A DNA stretch of 60,273 nt, filler included, from Diploschistes diacapsis (lineage: Eukaryota): the NCBI GenBank assembly GCA_023645945.1. It is 8 parts of 8 records of this genome, joined end to end, with 100 filler letters (N's around TTAATTAATTAA, not from the genome) between each part and the next. Parts side by side here need not be neighbours in the genome. Positions count along the whole stretch, not along the records: positions 1 to 27,119 come from JALAIB010000167.1; positions 27,220 to 31,871 come from JALAIB010001672.1; positions 31,972 to 36,620 come from JALAIB010001673.1; 5 more parts are not named here. One strand, 5' to 3'. The notes under the pieces are model-generated. The model was given only the letters and a program-made list of their open reading frames with translations. It was not told the origin of the DNA and searched no databases. Numbering within the stretch: position 1 is the stretch's first letter; the number at the start of each line of letters is the position of its first letter. Shown here one piece after another: positions 23,358 through 35,427 of this stretch. Made by a program: the position numbers and the translations under genes.

Positions 23358-25887
23358 TTTGGCGATTATTTTAGCTTACATGAGAGTTTTTCATACAGAT
23401 CGTTTAGCAGGTAGCTTATTATTAGCAACACAGAGGAACAGCCCAGGACCACAAAGCTCGGGCATGGTGATAAGGGTACACGATTCGAGCAAGGCTGGAT
23501 GATGCCACTCGCCCTCCTTCTTGCGCAAATGATATGATATGATACTGTTCAATAGCTAGGTGACCGCTCTCATCTTATCAATAGCTGTGCCAGTAGGAAC
23601 GAACTCCAAAGTTGGATTGCTGAGGCTAGGTTCGAAGGAATTTACTGAAATGATACGCAAGACTTTAGAAAACGAGACGTTCGAAACGTCGCTGAGCTTT
23701 ATGAGCCGAGCTATATGAGCCGAGCGCAGGATGCGGCTATACGGGGGTAATCTGATCCTGAGTCTGACTTCTGCTTCTACACATGAATTAGGCTTTAATA
23801 GTTTTGTGCGCAAGCTCAGGTGCGACTGGATTTTGTAAAATTCAGTGATGCAGGCACACCAACAACGAACATAATAGAATACATGTGCAAGGCGCAGGGC
23901 TGTAGTGTCAAAACCGGTTCGGGCATCAGCTCATAATACATCGATTGTTTCTTACAATTATGGAAATATCAGTTAGCCAGCGGGCGGAATACAGGTTTTA
24001 TATTCTGCTATATGAACATCTCTCTCTTTCTTGCTCGTCTGTTTCATCGAGATGGAACCGTTCACGACTGCTTATGGCTTTTTCTCTTGCGGCGAAACCA
24101 TTTACTCTTAATCAACCAAATATACTCCATGTTGCCACTTCAGACAATATCTCTGACGGCAGTTTTTATTTTTGATGAGTCGGAGTTTTGTCGAGCACAA
24201 CCAGTATCATTACCTGATTCCTATTTGTATTCAAGACAGAGCCTCCGTCTTCTAAGATACTATCGCCGTCATTAATCAAATCCCAACGCCAGCTGGCATA
24301 CTGTAAGCAATGAGCATTGCAATTTCGTGTTGTCGAACTTCGATCTCTGTGTCCCCGATAAGATTGCAGCCAAATGGCCGCCATGGACAAACAGGTGCCC
24401 TCGCAAACATCTCACATCGCGTGAAAAAACGTAATCGAGCTTCATCTGAACGACGGATCAATGAGTCATTAATCTAGATGGTCGCGATGGTCGCGATGAC
24501 CAAGGACCGATGAATGAATGGACGATATCTGTCCAAGGGGCTGTGTGGAGTTCTACCACAGAAAGCCCAAAACCTAGATCTTTTAACATCCGCTTTCCCC
24601 CTCCTGTAAGGATGGCCGCCAACCATAGGCGGCAAGCTTTTGCTGTGGTTTGCCCATAACTGCAGCAAGTCGTACATAATGGCCCTAAGCAACAACAGAA
24701 GATATTATCCCTAAAGCCGGCTCCAACGACGGACTAACCCCATTGCAGGAAATCCTTGGATTGAGAAAACACAACAGAGAAGTGCTTGTATTCCCCAAAC
24801 GTTGCAGCTTATAGTCATGTAATAATCTAACAATTCAGCTTCGTCAAGAATAGTACCGCACCCAGCCGCACCAGAGTTTTGGTCGCTGAGATAAGGCTTT
24901 GGTAGATCGAGGCTGATGGCCTTGTTCCGAAGAAAGGGGAAATGTATGCACGCCGCCAGAGCCGCAGGTGATTGACCGTGGATCTTGTGAAGATGGCAGA
25001 AGTTAGATAAATAAACGAGAGGTTCTTGATGGGAGGGAGGCGAATATGAGGTAGAGGGAGGCGTATGCCTACTGTAACTTCAGAGCTAAAGGTGGTTTGC
25101 TACTCAAGAGGCGAACCGACCACGGAGAACGATAAGTATGGCCTTATTCGTACGATTGTCACTTGATATCCTTCACCATTAGCTAAGATCGCAGCCCACC
25201 ACCTCGCTGCCTTATGGTCCACGTTGCCGTAGCGATATTATTAATATCGATCAAAGTTTGAGCAGTTCCGCAGGAGAGCCATCCGGCTTGTTGCTGGAGT
25301 ATTCTATGCTACACCTTCACCCCCTCATTGCAAGCTCTCTTTCTTTAGAATTCCATCCCTCGGGAAGATAGAATATATGCCCAAGCGGATGCCGAAATGG
25401 CTAGGTAGTTTCCATTTTTAAGACCATCATGGTTCTGTATTCCAGGCCAACCGGAAAAGCGTTGGTCTGATGTGGAATAGCAAGGCGTCGAAAGTTGAAC
25501 CCCCCGCAAAAGGTCATGACGCAGGGTTTTAATTCCTCTGCCATAGTCACTCGTCGGATGTCCGCCATTAAGATGTCCCTCCGGCAGACAGTTCCTATGT
25601 ATTGTCCTTTACTAGTTTGTGCTCAAGCTTGAGATAGGTAGATCTAGGTACGACAAGGCGATTACCTAGATAAGATGAAACGGGCCCAAGTATGTTTCGA
25701 GGCTGACCGCTTTCGGGTTGAAGTGCGTTATGGAATGAATTAGCCCATGAGGACCAGGCCTTATAGCTTGTCGTTAGGATGCGTTGGGTGTCTTCATATG
25801 TTGGTCTGACGGCTTCTTCACTCCCTGCCATACCGGTCCGCTCGAGTGTGCAACTTTTAATAGATCGTGGGATACTATTCTAGATAA

Positions 25888-27119
25888 TGTGAGAAGGAGC
25901 AGGGGGACATGATTAGTCATACAGAATGTATATAATCCGCTTACAGACATCTCTTGCAGAGTAATACAATCCTTCTTCTCTATAAATATAACTTTCAGGT
26001 TATGAGCCCGGCGCTCTAGCCGTATTTTATTTTGTTTTTGCTTTTTGTTAAGATACTTTTAAGTATTAGATTTCCTTTTTGTAATGATTTTTTAGAACTA
26101 TTAAATATCCTCTTCTCTGTGCTAGTACCCTAGTTCTTCTAGAGCTAACTTTTTGTCACTTTTTTTTAAGAACTTGGAAATAACCTATAACTACTTTTAA
26201 TAAGCCCATCGAAAACAGGATATCTGTTATAGGAGTAAGCAACGTCCCCCGAATTAATTTTAAAGTCGATAATCTTCCGAAATTATCGAGCCGAGGTAAC
26301 GATTACGTCACGTGGAAGAACGTTTAATTAATAATATTCTCTTGCTTGAAGTTAAAGGACATTATCGAAAATAAAGCTATATCGAAGATATTATCCCGAA
26401 GGTTTGAAGCTTATATTCTATTAATACAATCGGTAGAATTAGACCTTATCGGATTTATTTCTAGATTTAATAATTTAACAGCGGCTTGGGCCGGTTTTCG
26501 AAATAAATACGATCGTGATATCGGAATAAACAGCGTTCATCTGCTTAAAGTAATTATAGAATTAAGAATGGCATTTAATAAACCCGTTAGGGATCTTATG
26601 GATACCTTTTATTTAATTTAACAGCGAATGATTTTACGGTGTTATTTATCCGATAGACCTATAGTTAAAGCATTTAAGACTACTTTCGAATCCGACGAAA
26701 TTAAAGGATGTTTTTTCTTTATTACTCTTCCTGATTCGTTGGAAAACGTTATTAATAATTTACTTAATAAAGACGTTATTAAGTATTTAACTATTAAATT
26801 AAAACTTTTCGATCTATTCGAAAAGAAAGTCGATATAAATCCCATTTTTAATACCGCTTACTGGACCCAGACTTCGAGAGAAAAGAAAGTTGGTTTCCGT
26901 ATTAGTAATAAAAAGTAATGCATTTATTATAAGTCGAAAAACCTTTTATTTTCGGGTTATATATACGTGAACTGTGATGTTTTGAAAAGAATTAAGGAGA
27001 AGGACAATAATAAGAATAAAAGTAATTAAAGAAAGAATAAGGAGAAAAGGAATAAAAGAAAGGGAAAATACAGCGCCAAAGAAATAAAAATCGATAATAA
27101 AGATTTTATTTATTTCGAC
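25888..27119 (+). mobile_element. RIP-degraded Ty1/copia retrotransposon, 5' part (LTR, PBS, gag)
   Basis: TG...CA segment 25888-25997 directly followed by the copia-type PBS GGTTATGAGCCC. Stop-ridden gag-like reading (LSSRGNDYVTW, AW..FRNKYD, TLPDSLENVI). TpA-rich. Truncated by contig end. Confidence 0.75.
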
Positions 27120-27219
27120 NNNNNNNNNNNNNNNNNNNNNNNNNNNNNNNNNNNNNNNNNNNNTTAATTAATTAANNNNNNNNNNNNNNNNNNNNNNNNN
27201 NNNNNNNNNNNNNNNNNNN
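27120..27219. other. Artificial contig spacer (N run with TTAATTAATTAA); also at 31872, 36621, 41369, 46113, 50852 and 55568
   Basis: Identical 100-nt N spacers with a six-frame stop linker. Confidence 0.98.
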
Positions 27220-27377
27220 CCATTACGTTGCCAAACAGGAATTATAATAAAAAAAATTTATATAATTTAATTAATTTTAGTAAAGTAGTTAAGTAAATAA
27301 ATAGAATTACCGTTCTTCTTCTTTATTTATTAGCGAGTAGACAGGTTATCAAGGTCTTCTACCCGTTACGTGACCGT

Positions 27378-27446
27378 TGTTACCATGATTGGTCTATATA
27401 TAAGGAATGGCTGGGACGTGCCAAGTCTGGTACTTGGATCGTAACA
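27378..27446 (-). repeat. Short LTR-like fragment
   Basis: Bounded by TGTTAC...GTAACA. Reverse complement matches 59492-59547 (tgttacgatccaagta...acttggcacgtcccagccattc). Confidence 0.55.
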
Positions 27447-27837
27447 TTACGGAGTAGAAGTTTAGGGATACAATCTCCAAAAAAAGGCTGGGGTTTGAGG
27501 GTGCAACCCCTAATAAACCTACCCAATTTTTTAAGCCTAGATTTTTTACTTAATACTTACCGCTTCGCTTAGGAACTTGGAGGCTACTTGCCGACAAGTA
27601 AAGCTTCGTTATAGTTATTAGAATAGCCCAACAAAATGCTGAGGGTGAGTCACCTGACAAGTGACGTGGAAATCTTTTTTAATTTCGATCATCTCCCGAG
27701 TTATACTAGTATCAACTGCACGTCTTTTCGGTCTCCATGCGCCCACGGAATTCCGCTGGATTTGCAAAATACTTTTCCGGGCGTGCTTCGTGCGCGCTGC
27801 CCAAGCGAGGCCGACAATTCTTGATAGACACTTTACA

Positions 27838-30800
27838 ATGGCCCTCAACGCAGCCTCCCATAATCCAAGTAGGGTATAACTTTTGTGATGACCCATCCAC
27901 TGACGTCTCGCAGCTGGTGAAAAAACAGGCCCAACAGCCGGTCCCCCGCCTCAAGCTTCCTCAAAGTTGAAGGCTGCAATATCGGAGGCCTCGAGCACCG
28001 ATCCACTTGGGCAGCACGCTGGTGGCAAGGATGGCGGTGACAAAAGCGCAGAGAAGAAGGTGAAGCGCGAGAAAGAACGTATGAACCCTAAGAATCCATG
28101 ATATCACATGTGCCGACTACTTGTGTTCGCAGTCGAGAAGGAGCGCAAAAAGGCCGAAAAGGTAAAAAAGTTAGCTGAGAAGCAGGCGAAGTTCATGGCT
28201 ATAGCACCGCCGGCCGCGCAAAAAGTCAAGGAAAAGAAAAATCCTAATGCTCCTTCTGAAGCTACACTACCCCCCTATGTGGAGGACACTCCTGCTGGGG
28301 AAAAGAAAAGTAGGTGTGGGGCAACCTTGACACCAAAACTGGCCTGATTGTGCTGCAGTCCTTAAACCTTTGGGCGATGATTACCACAAAGCATACATAC
28401 CTGACGTTGTGGAATCTGCGTGGTACGCATTCTGGGAGAAACAAGGGTACATGAAACCAGAGGCAGAGGTTGCACATAAGACCGACAAGAATGGCCATTT
28501 TTCCATCTCAATTCCTCCGCCGAACGTAACGGGAGTAAGGAGAGCTAATTTGAATGACGAACCCAGAGGCTGATCCCGTCAGGCACTTCACATAGGCCAC
28601 GCTTTGACGCTGGCTCTTCAGGACAGTCTCATCCGGTGGAACAGGATGCTAGGGCGGCCCACACTATACGTTCCTGGATGTAAGCATATATCCAAGCCCA
28701 TTTGCTTTTGTCCAGCATCTCACATCAGTAGGTGATCACGCCGGTATAGCAACCCAGTCTGTCACAGAGAAGATGTTGTGGAGAACGAGGAAGCTAACGC
28801 GACATGACCTTGGTCGAACTGCTTTTGTTGATCTGGTTCAGGAGTGGAAGGTGGAATACCGAGAAAAGATTAATAATGCAATCCGAAGAATGGGAGCATC
28901 TGTGGATTGGTCTAGGGAAAGGTTTACAATGGACGATGATTACCAGGAAGCTGTAAGGGAGACTTTCGTTCGGCTCTACGAGGAAGGTCTGATTTATCGG
29001 TCAAATCGCCTGGTGAACTGGTGCACGCAATTGAATACCGCACTATCCAACCTCGAGGTTGCGAACAAAGAAATCGAGGGCAGAACCCTCTTGGATGTAC
29101 CTGGTTACGAGCGGAAGGTTGAATTCGGTGTTTTAACCTATTTCAAGTACCCCATTGACGGCACATCAGACTTTATTGAGGTAGCTACGACACGACCCGA
29201 AACCATGCTAGGAGACACAGGCATTGGCGTGAATCCCAAGGACGAGCGATATACACATTTAATTGGCAAGAGAGCTAGGCACCCGTTCGTTGATCGCCTA
29301 ATCCCAATCTTTGCTGACGAGTACGTGGAGATGGACTTTGGTACAGGTGCTGTTAAGATGACTCCAGCACACGATTTTAACGATTTTGCTCTTGGTCAAA
29401 AACACAAATTGGACACAATCAACATCTTTACTGACAATGGCCTAATGAACGAGCGGACAGGCACCTTCAAGGGCATGAAGCGGTTTGATGCCCGTTATGA
29501 GGTGGTAGCAAAACTCAAAGAGCTTGATCTATTTTGCAAAGCTGAAAACAACCCCATGAAAATCCCCATGTGCGAACGTAGCAAAGATGTCATTGAGCCC
29601 CTAATAAAACCGCAATGGTGGATGCGAATGCAAGACCTTGGAGCCGCTGGTTTGAAAGCTGTCAAGGATGGGGAAATCAAGATACGTCCGGAGACCGCCG
29701 AGAAGAGCTATATTAGGTGGATGTCCAACGTGCAAGATTGGTGTTTGTCTCGACAGCTTTGGTGGGGTCACCAAATCCCGGCTTATCACGTAGAAATTGA
29801 AGGCGAGAAAAAAACCGGCGGGGAAGAAGCTGACGACCAAAGCCGATGGGTCGTTGCTCGAAACGAAGCGGATGCAGAAACGATCGCAAAAGAGCGATAT
29901 CCAGGGAAGCAGATCCGACTGACACGGGATTCCGACGTTCTGGATACCTGGTTCTCTTCAGGCATATGGTGCTGTGCTACACTTGGTTGGCCCAAGAAGA
30001 CGGCGGATTTCGAGAACTACTATCCAACATCTATGCTGGAAACAGGCTGGGATATATTGTTCTATTGGGTTGCCAGATTAATATTCTTGAGTTTGCGACT
30101 GACTGGAACTGTTCCGTTCAAGGAAGTATACTGTCATTCGTTGATCCGGGACTCTGAAGGAAGGAAAAGTACAACACCATCTCATGCCTGTTGCTCTTTA
30201 ATTGTTGCTAACCAAAGCCAGTGTCGAAATCATTGGGAAACGTGGTAGATCCGCTAGACGTAATGAAGGGCATAGAACTAGAGGCCCTACACGAGAAGCT
30301 AAAAAGTGGAAATTTGGACCAAAAAGAGTTGGCAACAGCAACAAAGTACCAGAAAACAGCTTTCCCTGAGGGAATTCCGGAATGCGGCGCAGACGCTTTG
30401 CGCTACGCGTTGATTTCATATGCTACTGGGAGTAAGCTATGAATGTTCGGAATCCCGAACCTAGTGATAGTACTAATGTGATGCAGGCGGCGACATAAGC
30501 TTCGACATCAAAGTCATTTACGGCTATCGCAAGTTCTGCAATAAAATCTATCAAGCTAACAAGTACGTTCTTGGGAAGCTCGACGCTGGATACAGCCCCC
30601 CGCAGAGTGCGAGTATGTCCGGCCACGAGTCCCTGGCAGAGCGCTGGATCCTACGCAAATTTACCATTGCCGCACGGGACATTAACCGTGCGCTCGAGAA
30701 CCGCGAGTTTTCCGATGCGGCCTCGATAGCGTACCATTTCTGGTACACTCAGCTCTGTGATGTTTTCATCGAGAACTCCAAGTCGCTCATCATGAACGGG

Positions 30801-31496
30801 AGCATGCAGGAGCAGGAGTCGGTGAAGCAGACGCTGTACACCGTTACCGACGGCGCCTTGAGGATGGTGCACCCCTTCATGCCGTTCTTGACCGAGGAGC
30901 TCTGGCAGCGCCTGCCTCGTCGGGCCGGGGAGAATGCGCCGTCGATCATGCTCGCTGCCTACCCGCTGTACGACGAGTCCTACGACGACCCTGCGTCCGA
31001 AGAGGCCTACGATCTCGTGCTCAGCGTGTCAAAGGGCATCAGATCGCTCACGTCTCAGTACGCGATCAAGGAGAACGGCGTGGTCCACGTCCAGCTCTCG
31101 GATGCGACGTCCCGCAGCACCGCCGAGGCCGAACTGCAATCCATCCGCTCCCTCTCCGGCAAGAACGTGGGGAGCATCTCCATCCTTGGCGGCTCGGACG
31201 CGAAACCCGTGGGGTGCATACCGTTCGTCGTGTCCTCGACGGTGACGGTCTTCCTGCTGGTCAGGGGCCGGGTGGACATGGATGCGGAGATCGCCAAGGC
31301 GAAGAAGAAGCTGGAGAAGTCGGCCGAGGCGGTGAGGAGGCAGAGGAAGCTGGTGGAGGACGAAGGGTACAAGAAGAAGGTGGACGAGGCGGTGCAGGAG
31401 GCCGAGAGGAGGAAGCTGGCGGATACGGAGGCGGAAGTCAGGGAGATGGAGGGGGTGGTGCAGATGTTTGAGGGCTTGAAGGTCGAGGGAGAGTGA
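27838..31496 (+). CDS. VAS1: Valyl-tRNA synthetase (8 exons)
   Basis: [66 protein letters not shown] split by an intron, C-terminal coiled coil. Confidence 0.97.
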
Positions 31497-32049
31497 GGGG
31501 GTGCGGTGTGTGCGTTGTGCCGACCGGAGCGGGAACAATTTGTTTTTGCTGCAGCGATGGAATAGAGGGAAAAAGGTGAAGAGTCAATAAAATATGCATG
31601 GCTGCATATAATGAAGTGGTTGATCATGCCATGTTGATTTGCAAGAACTACCAATATACTTGAAAGCCTTCTCTAACGCCACACACACTCTAACCCAAAG
31701 GAAGCCCCGCTCCCATATAAAATAAAATAAAAAAGCCCAATTTTTGACTCCATGGAGCTCTCCAAAACCCTATCGCTTGCAAATCCACAAAGCGCACCCA
31801 GCCAGATAGTGCAGCATACGATTTAAAAGAACTTGGAATCAGACATGCCAACGAAGAAGTCTCCAAACCCCNNNNNNNNNNNNNNNNNNNNNNNNNNNNN
31901 NNNNNNNNNNNNNNNTTAATTAATTAANNNNNNNNNNNNNNNNNNNNNNNNNNNNNNNNNNNNNNNNNNNNTTATATTAAGATTTAAGTTTTATTTAATA
32001 ACTTAAAGTGCTATTATGATTCTATTTTTAATTAAAGATAATTCCATGA

Positions 32050-32146
32050 TCGTACGCGTAGAAAATTGATACAAAAGTTGAAAGTTCGTAAAATTGGGTG
32101 GGGGGTGTCCGCTCGTTATGAGTGTCCGTTCGTTATGCATATACGT
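32050..32146 (-). mobile_element. Fot1/pogo-like terminal inverted repeat
   Basis: Ends ...gtgtccgctcgttatgagtgtccgttcgttatgcatatACGT-TA with an internal direct repeat. Reverse-complement homologue at 45283-45362. Confidence 0.7.
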
Positions 32147-32195
32147 TACATGTTTTTTTTATTATTTTTGATCTTAATATTCAAATTTTTTTTAG

Positions 32196-32471
32196 ATGCG
32201 ATGGAGGCCTCGTTGTCTGCTCGCCCTGCGCGCTCTGCGGCCCCCCCTGCCCCCGTGGCCTGCTGCGGGGAGGCTTTACAACTTCCCTGCGGACCTCCCG
32301 GCGTGGAGGGCGCGTCTCCTTGTCGGCGCGGACATCCTTCGGATGACCGTGGCGGATTTTGACGCGCTTTGGTTCTACGTGGATAACTTCCTACGCGCTG
32401 CGGGTGAGCTCCATGGCCATTTACCACTACGGCCGGACGCGGAGATGGAAGAGGAGCGGAGGGGAACATGA
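32196..32471 (+). pseudogene. GC-rich truncated gene fragment
   Basis: YNFPADLPAWRARLL...LRMTVADFDALWFYVDNF resembles, from memory, a conserved fungal uncharacterised domain (..WR.RLF.....F..YFP.VDNVY) but stops early. Embedded in AT-rich DNA. Confidence 0.35.
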
Positions 32472-32948
32472 TGGGCGGAGGAGGAGCACTATTTATTTTA
32501 TATTTAATTTAATATAGTTCTGTGTATTTCTGTAAGTGACATGCATTTATATGCAAAATTGTATAGAGATCTAAGTACCTAACAGAGCCACAGCGAACAG
32601 TTTTATAGTAGGCAGAATAAGACAGTTCCGGGAAAATCATACGGGAATGAATGCCTCCCAACTTGTTCTTTCTTGAATTCCATCGCTACCCGAGGTGTAA
32701 GCCGGGGCGCTTCATGCTTCATTGGTCAGTCTCAGTTCCCGTCGGTAATGACGTCGGACTGCCGCATGTGGTTGGTTGGGAATGACATACACAGCAACGA
32801 CAGATGCACCAGTTTCGCTCTTTCATCAGCGTACCAGCTTGCTCTATATCAAAGAAATATCCTCACTAACTCATCGAGCGGCCTTCAATATTCCTTCAGA
32901 AACCCGTTGCCCTACAGCCGGACAATTGAGTTCTCAGAGCCACGCAAG

Positions 32949-33492
32949 ATGTCGTTCCTATCCTCCCGGACTCCCCTCCTACGCTCTGTGCGAATTGCGC
33001 CAGCTAGAGCTTTCCATGCGAGTGTCTGCAGGCCTGTAATGAGCGAGTCGGATCACCACCAACGTAAGTCCCTAGGCTCTGTTACGAGAAAGAAATGAAC
33101 ATAGCGCTAATGACGCTGGAGATGCTGAGAAACGTAGGGCCGAGATCGAAAAGCACAAGCATGACTCCCTGGACAAGCAAAAGGATGGTAAGGGCCATTG
33201 GAAGGGCGAGCTTGCTAGTTCCAGCGAGCAGGTGGTACGTTAAACAAAATTTGTGGCCGGCCAGTATATCATCAGCATTGGGCCGGCGTTCCCTTTCTAC
33301 CCTTACACCTCGTCCGGTCAATGTTCCCCGAGAATCCTCATTTGGATTGGCCTGAAGACCCATAGCTTGTCTGTCTATTCATGCTGATAATCAACTAGGT
33401 CAAAGCAGATAGGGGAGAGACAAATGCCAGTGAAGATAACATCAAGAAGCTCCAGAAGGAGACCGCAGAACTCGGAAAGAATTCCCGATAGA
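32949..33492 (+). CDS. Small conserved fungal protein with mitochondrial presequence (3 exons)
   Basis: MSFLSSRTPLLRSVRIAPARAFHAS... then AEIEKHKHDSLDKQKDGKGHWKGELASSSEQV, then VKADRGE...IKKLQKET. Introns 33064-33121 and 33235-33398. Confidence 0.75.
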
Positions 33493-33769
33493 TAAACGAA
33501 AGAGTCTGGGCCCGACCGCAGGGTTTGATGTGGCAGCATTTGTAAAAGCTAAATGTAGATAGTCGACCTTGATCGAGAGAGGGTCTCCGGAAACCCTTTC
33601 GAGGCGTTCCATTATATGGAAGAGACGCTAATCATACATCTAATGCTGGTGAATATACAAGAACGCCGAGTGAGCCACCGCACATAACATGATACAAGCT
33701 TGTGTCTCCAATACCTCTGTTCCCAATGCCCACGATAGCCTCAACGCCAGAACCATGTATGCCTTATCC

Positions 33770-34640
33770 TCAGGTCTTGAACACGATAATCAAAAGAACC
33801 AGAATAACAATGAGAACCACTATAGCGGTGACCTGCTTGTTATCATTCGCCTTCCGCGCTATTCTCCCGATCCTCTGCCTCGCGCCGTTCAGCCGACCCT
33901 GATGTCGGTCCACATGCTCGTCTACGTCGTCAAGCATCGCGACATGCTCGTCCAGCTCATCCCCAATCTGGATGCTTAGGTCCCGTTGACGACCAATACT
34001 CTCGCCCAGCCGATCCAACTGCTCGTCCTGGTCACGTAACACTTGCGCATGGTATGAATGGATCTGCTGGTTCGACAAGGCCGTCTGATCAGGCGGTCCA
34101 GCGTTGGCTGGATCGTCGCGATACGGAAACAAAGCGGCACGGTTGGCGGCCAGTTCTTCGTCGGAAGATGAAGGGTCGTCGCGGAAGCGAACGGATTTCG
34201 GCGTAGGAGCAGGCGAGGCCCGTCTCAGAGTGGTGTCTTGAGCGGCGGTAAAATCGGCGGAAAGTGTCGGATTATTTGGGGAAGTAACGGTCGCAGAGTC
34301 GGTAGCTTGTGTGGAGAAGCCGGTAAACTGTGAATTCAAGTCCGAGTACTGGTCTCTTAGACGGGACACCTGGTCTTGAAGACTCGAGGCAGATCTGTCA
34401 GAAGAATGAGTCTGAGATTGCAAGCAGTCAATTCAGCGTCGCATACGAGTTGCCTTTGCTTTGCAGGCGTTCAGCTTCTTGCTCGACTGCCTCAATCCCC
34501 TCCCGCATCGCCTCAAGCGACCGCGGTATGCTCCCATCCTGAGCGCTCGACGCTAACCCTAACGATATAGCCCTTTGCCTTTCCAGTAGAGACAGTTTGA
34601 TGTGGTCCGCGAGGAGCAACAGCTGCGAAGGATTTGACAT
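33770..34640 (-). CDS. SYN8: Qc t-SNARE, syntaxin-8-like
   Basis: MSNPSQLLLLADHIKLSLLERQRA; SNARE motif DQDEQLDRLGESIGRQRDLSIQIGDELDEH; C-terminal transmembrane helix; one intron. Confidence 0.88.
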
Positions 34641-34906
34641 GGTGGAAGGCTCTGCTAGCCTTGGGCCAGTATCGTGGTTCCGGTAAAGGTTCAGCCGGTT
34701 AAATTTCTGTCGCTGTTCGTTGGCGTTGTTGCGCTTCTTAAAAGCATCACGCAGTGCAGTCTGATGTACTTCAGATGTACTTCAAGCGATCATGGCCGTG
34801 AATAAACAAATATGCTAGTAGGTAATAGAGGTGCCTGCTTTATGGCAAATCGAGGTCCCGATTGATTTAATTATATATCGACTACAAGCTGATTGTGCCT
34901 CTATCA

Positions 34907-34994
34907 CTCGACTTAACTCAGTTGGAAGAGTGTTCGGCTGTAATTGTTCCTATAGCCCACCGAAATGTCCGCGGTTCGATCCCGCGAGTCGAGA
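34907..34994 (+). tRNA. tRNA-Tyr(GTA) with 15-nt intron (34944-34958)
   Basis: Acceptor stem CTCGACT/AGTCGAG plus discriminator A; D arm ACTC/GAGT; anticodon stem TTCGG/CCGAA with loop CT-GTA-A[intron]A; T arm CGCGG-TTCGATC-CCGCG; T5 terminator. Confidence 0.95.
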
Positions 34995-35427
34995 TTTTTG
35001 TTCTTGTTTTTTCCAGTCTGTATCCTCTTATTTGATTACACTTTTTCAAAGCAAAGAGCTGTGATGCAGTGAATTATAATGTAAGTGAAATTAATATTAA
35101 TTCGAAAATAGTAATAATACTAGATCCTAAAATGTCGGCTTCTTTTGCCGCCAAGATCCCATCAATATCCACCGATTGGCCGATCACAGTTTGTTATTTA
35201 TTCTAACGAAGTGTCTACATTTCTGCTCTCTTGGTTGTCTATGGAGACCTCCAGTTAGGCAAAGACATGACACTCTCCTAATGCGTAACTTTGCAATGTT
35301 TGTAGCTCTACAGAGTTGCTTCAAAGAAGCTGCTAGTGGATTACGGAACCTCAATTAGGAAAGCGGCTGCCCTGTGAGCTGTAAGAAAGAAAAGGACTCC
35401 CTATCAACCGACTCCTGACTGCATGCA

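Noticed and set aside
27164..27175. Regularly spaced TTAATTAATTAA palindrome recurring about every 4.7 kb
   Set aside because: It is an artificial linker inside N spacers, not a biological repeat or CRISPR-like array.
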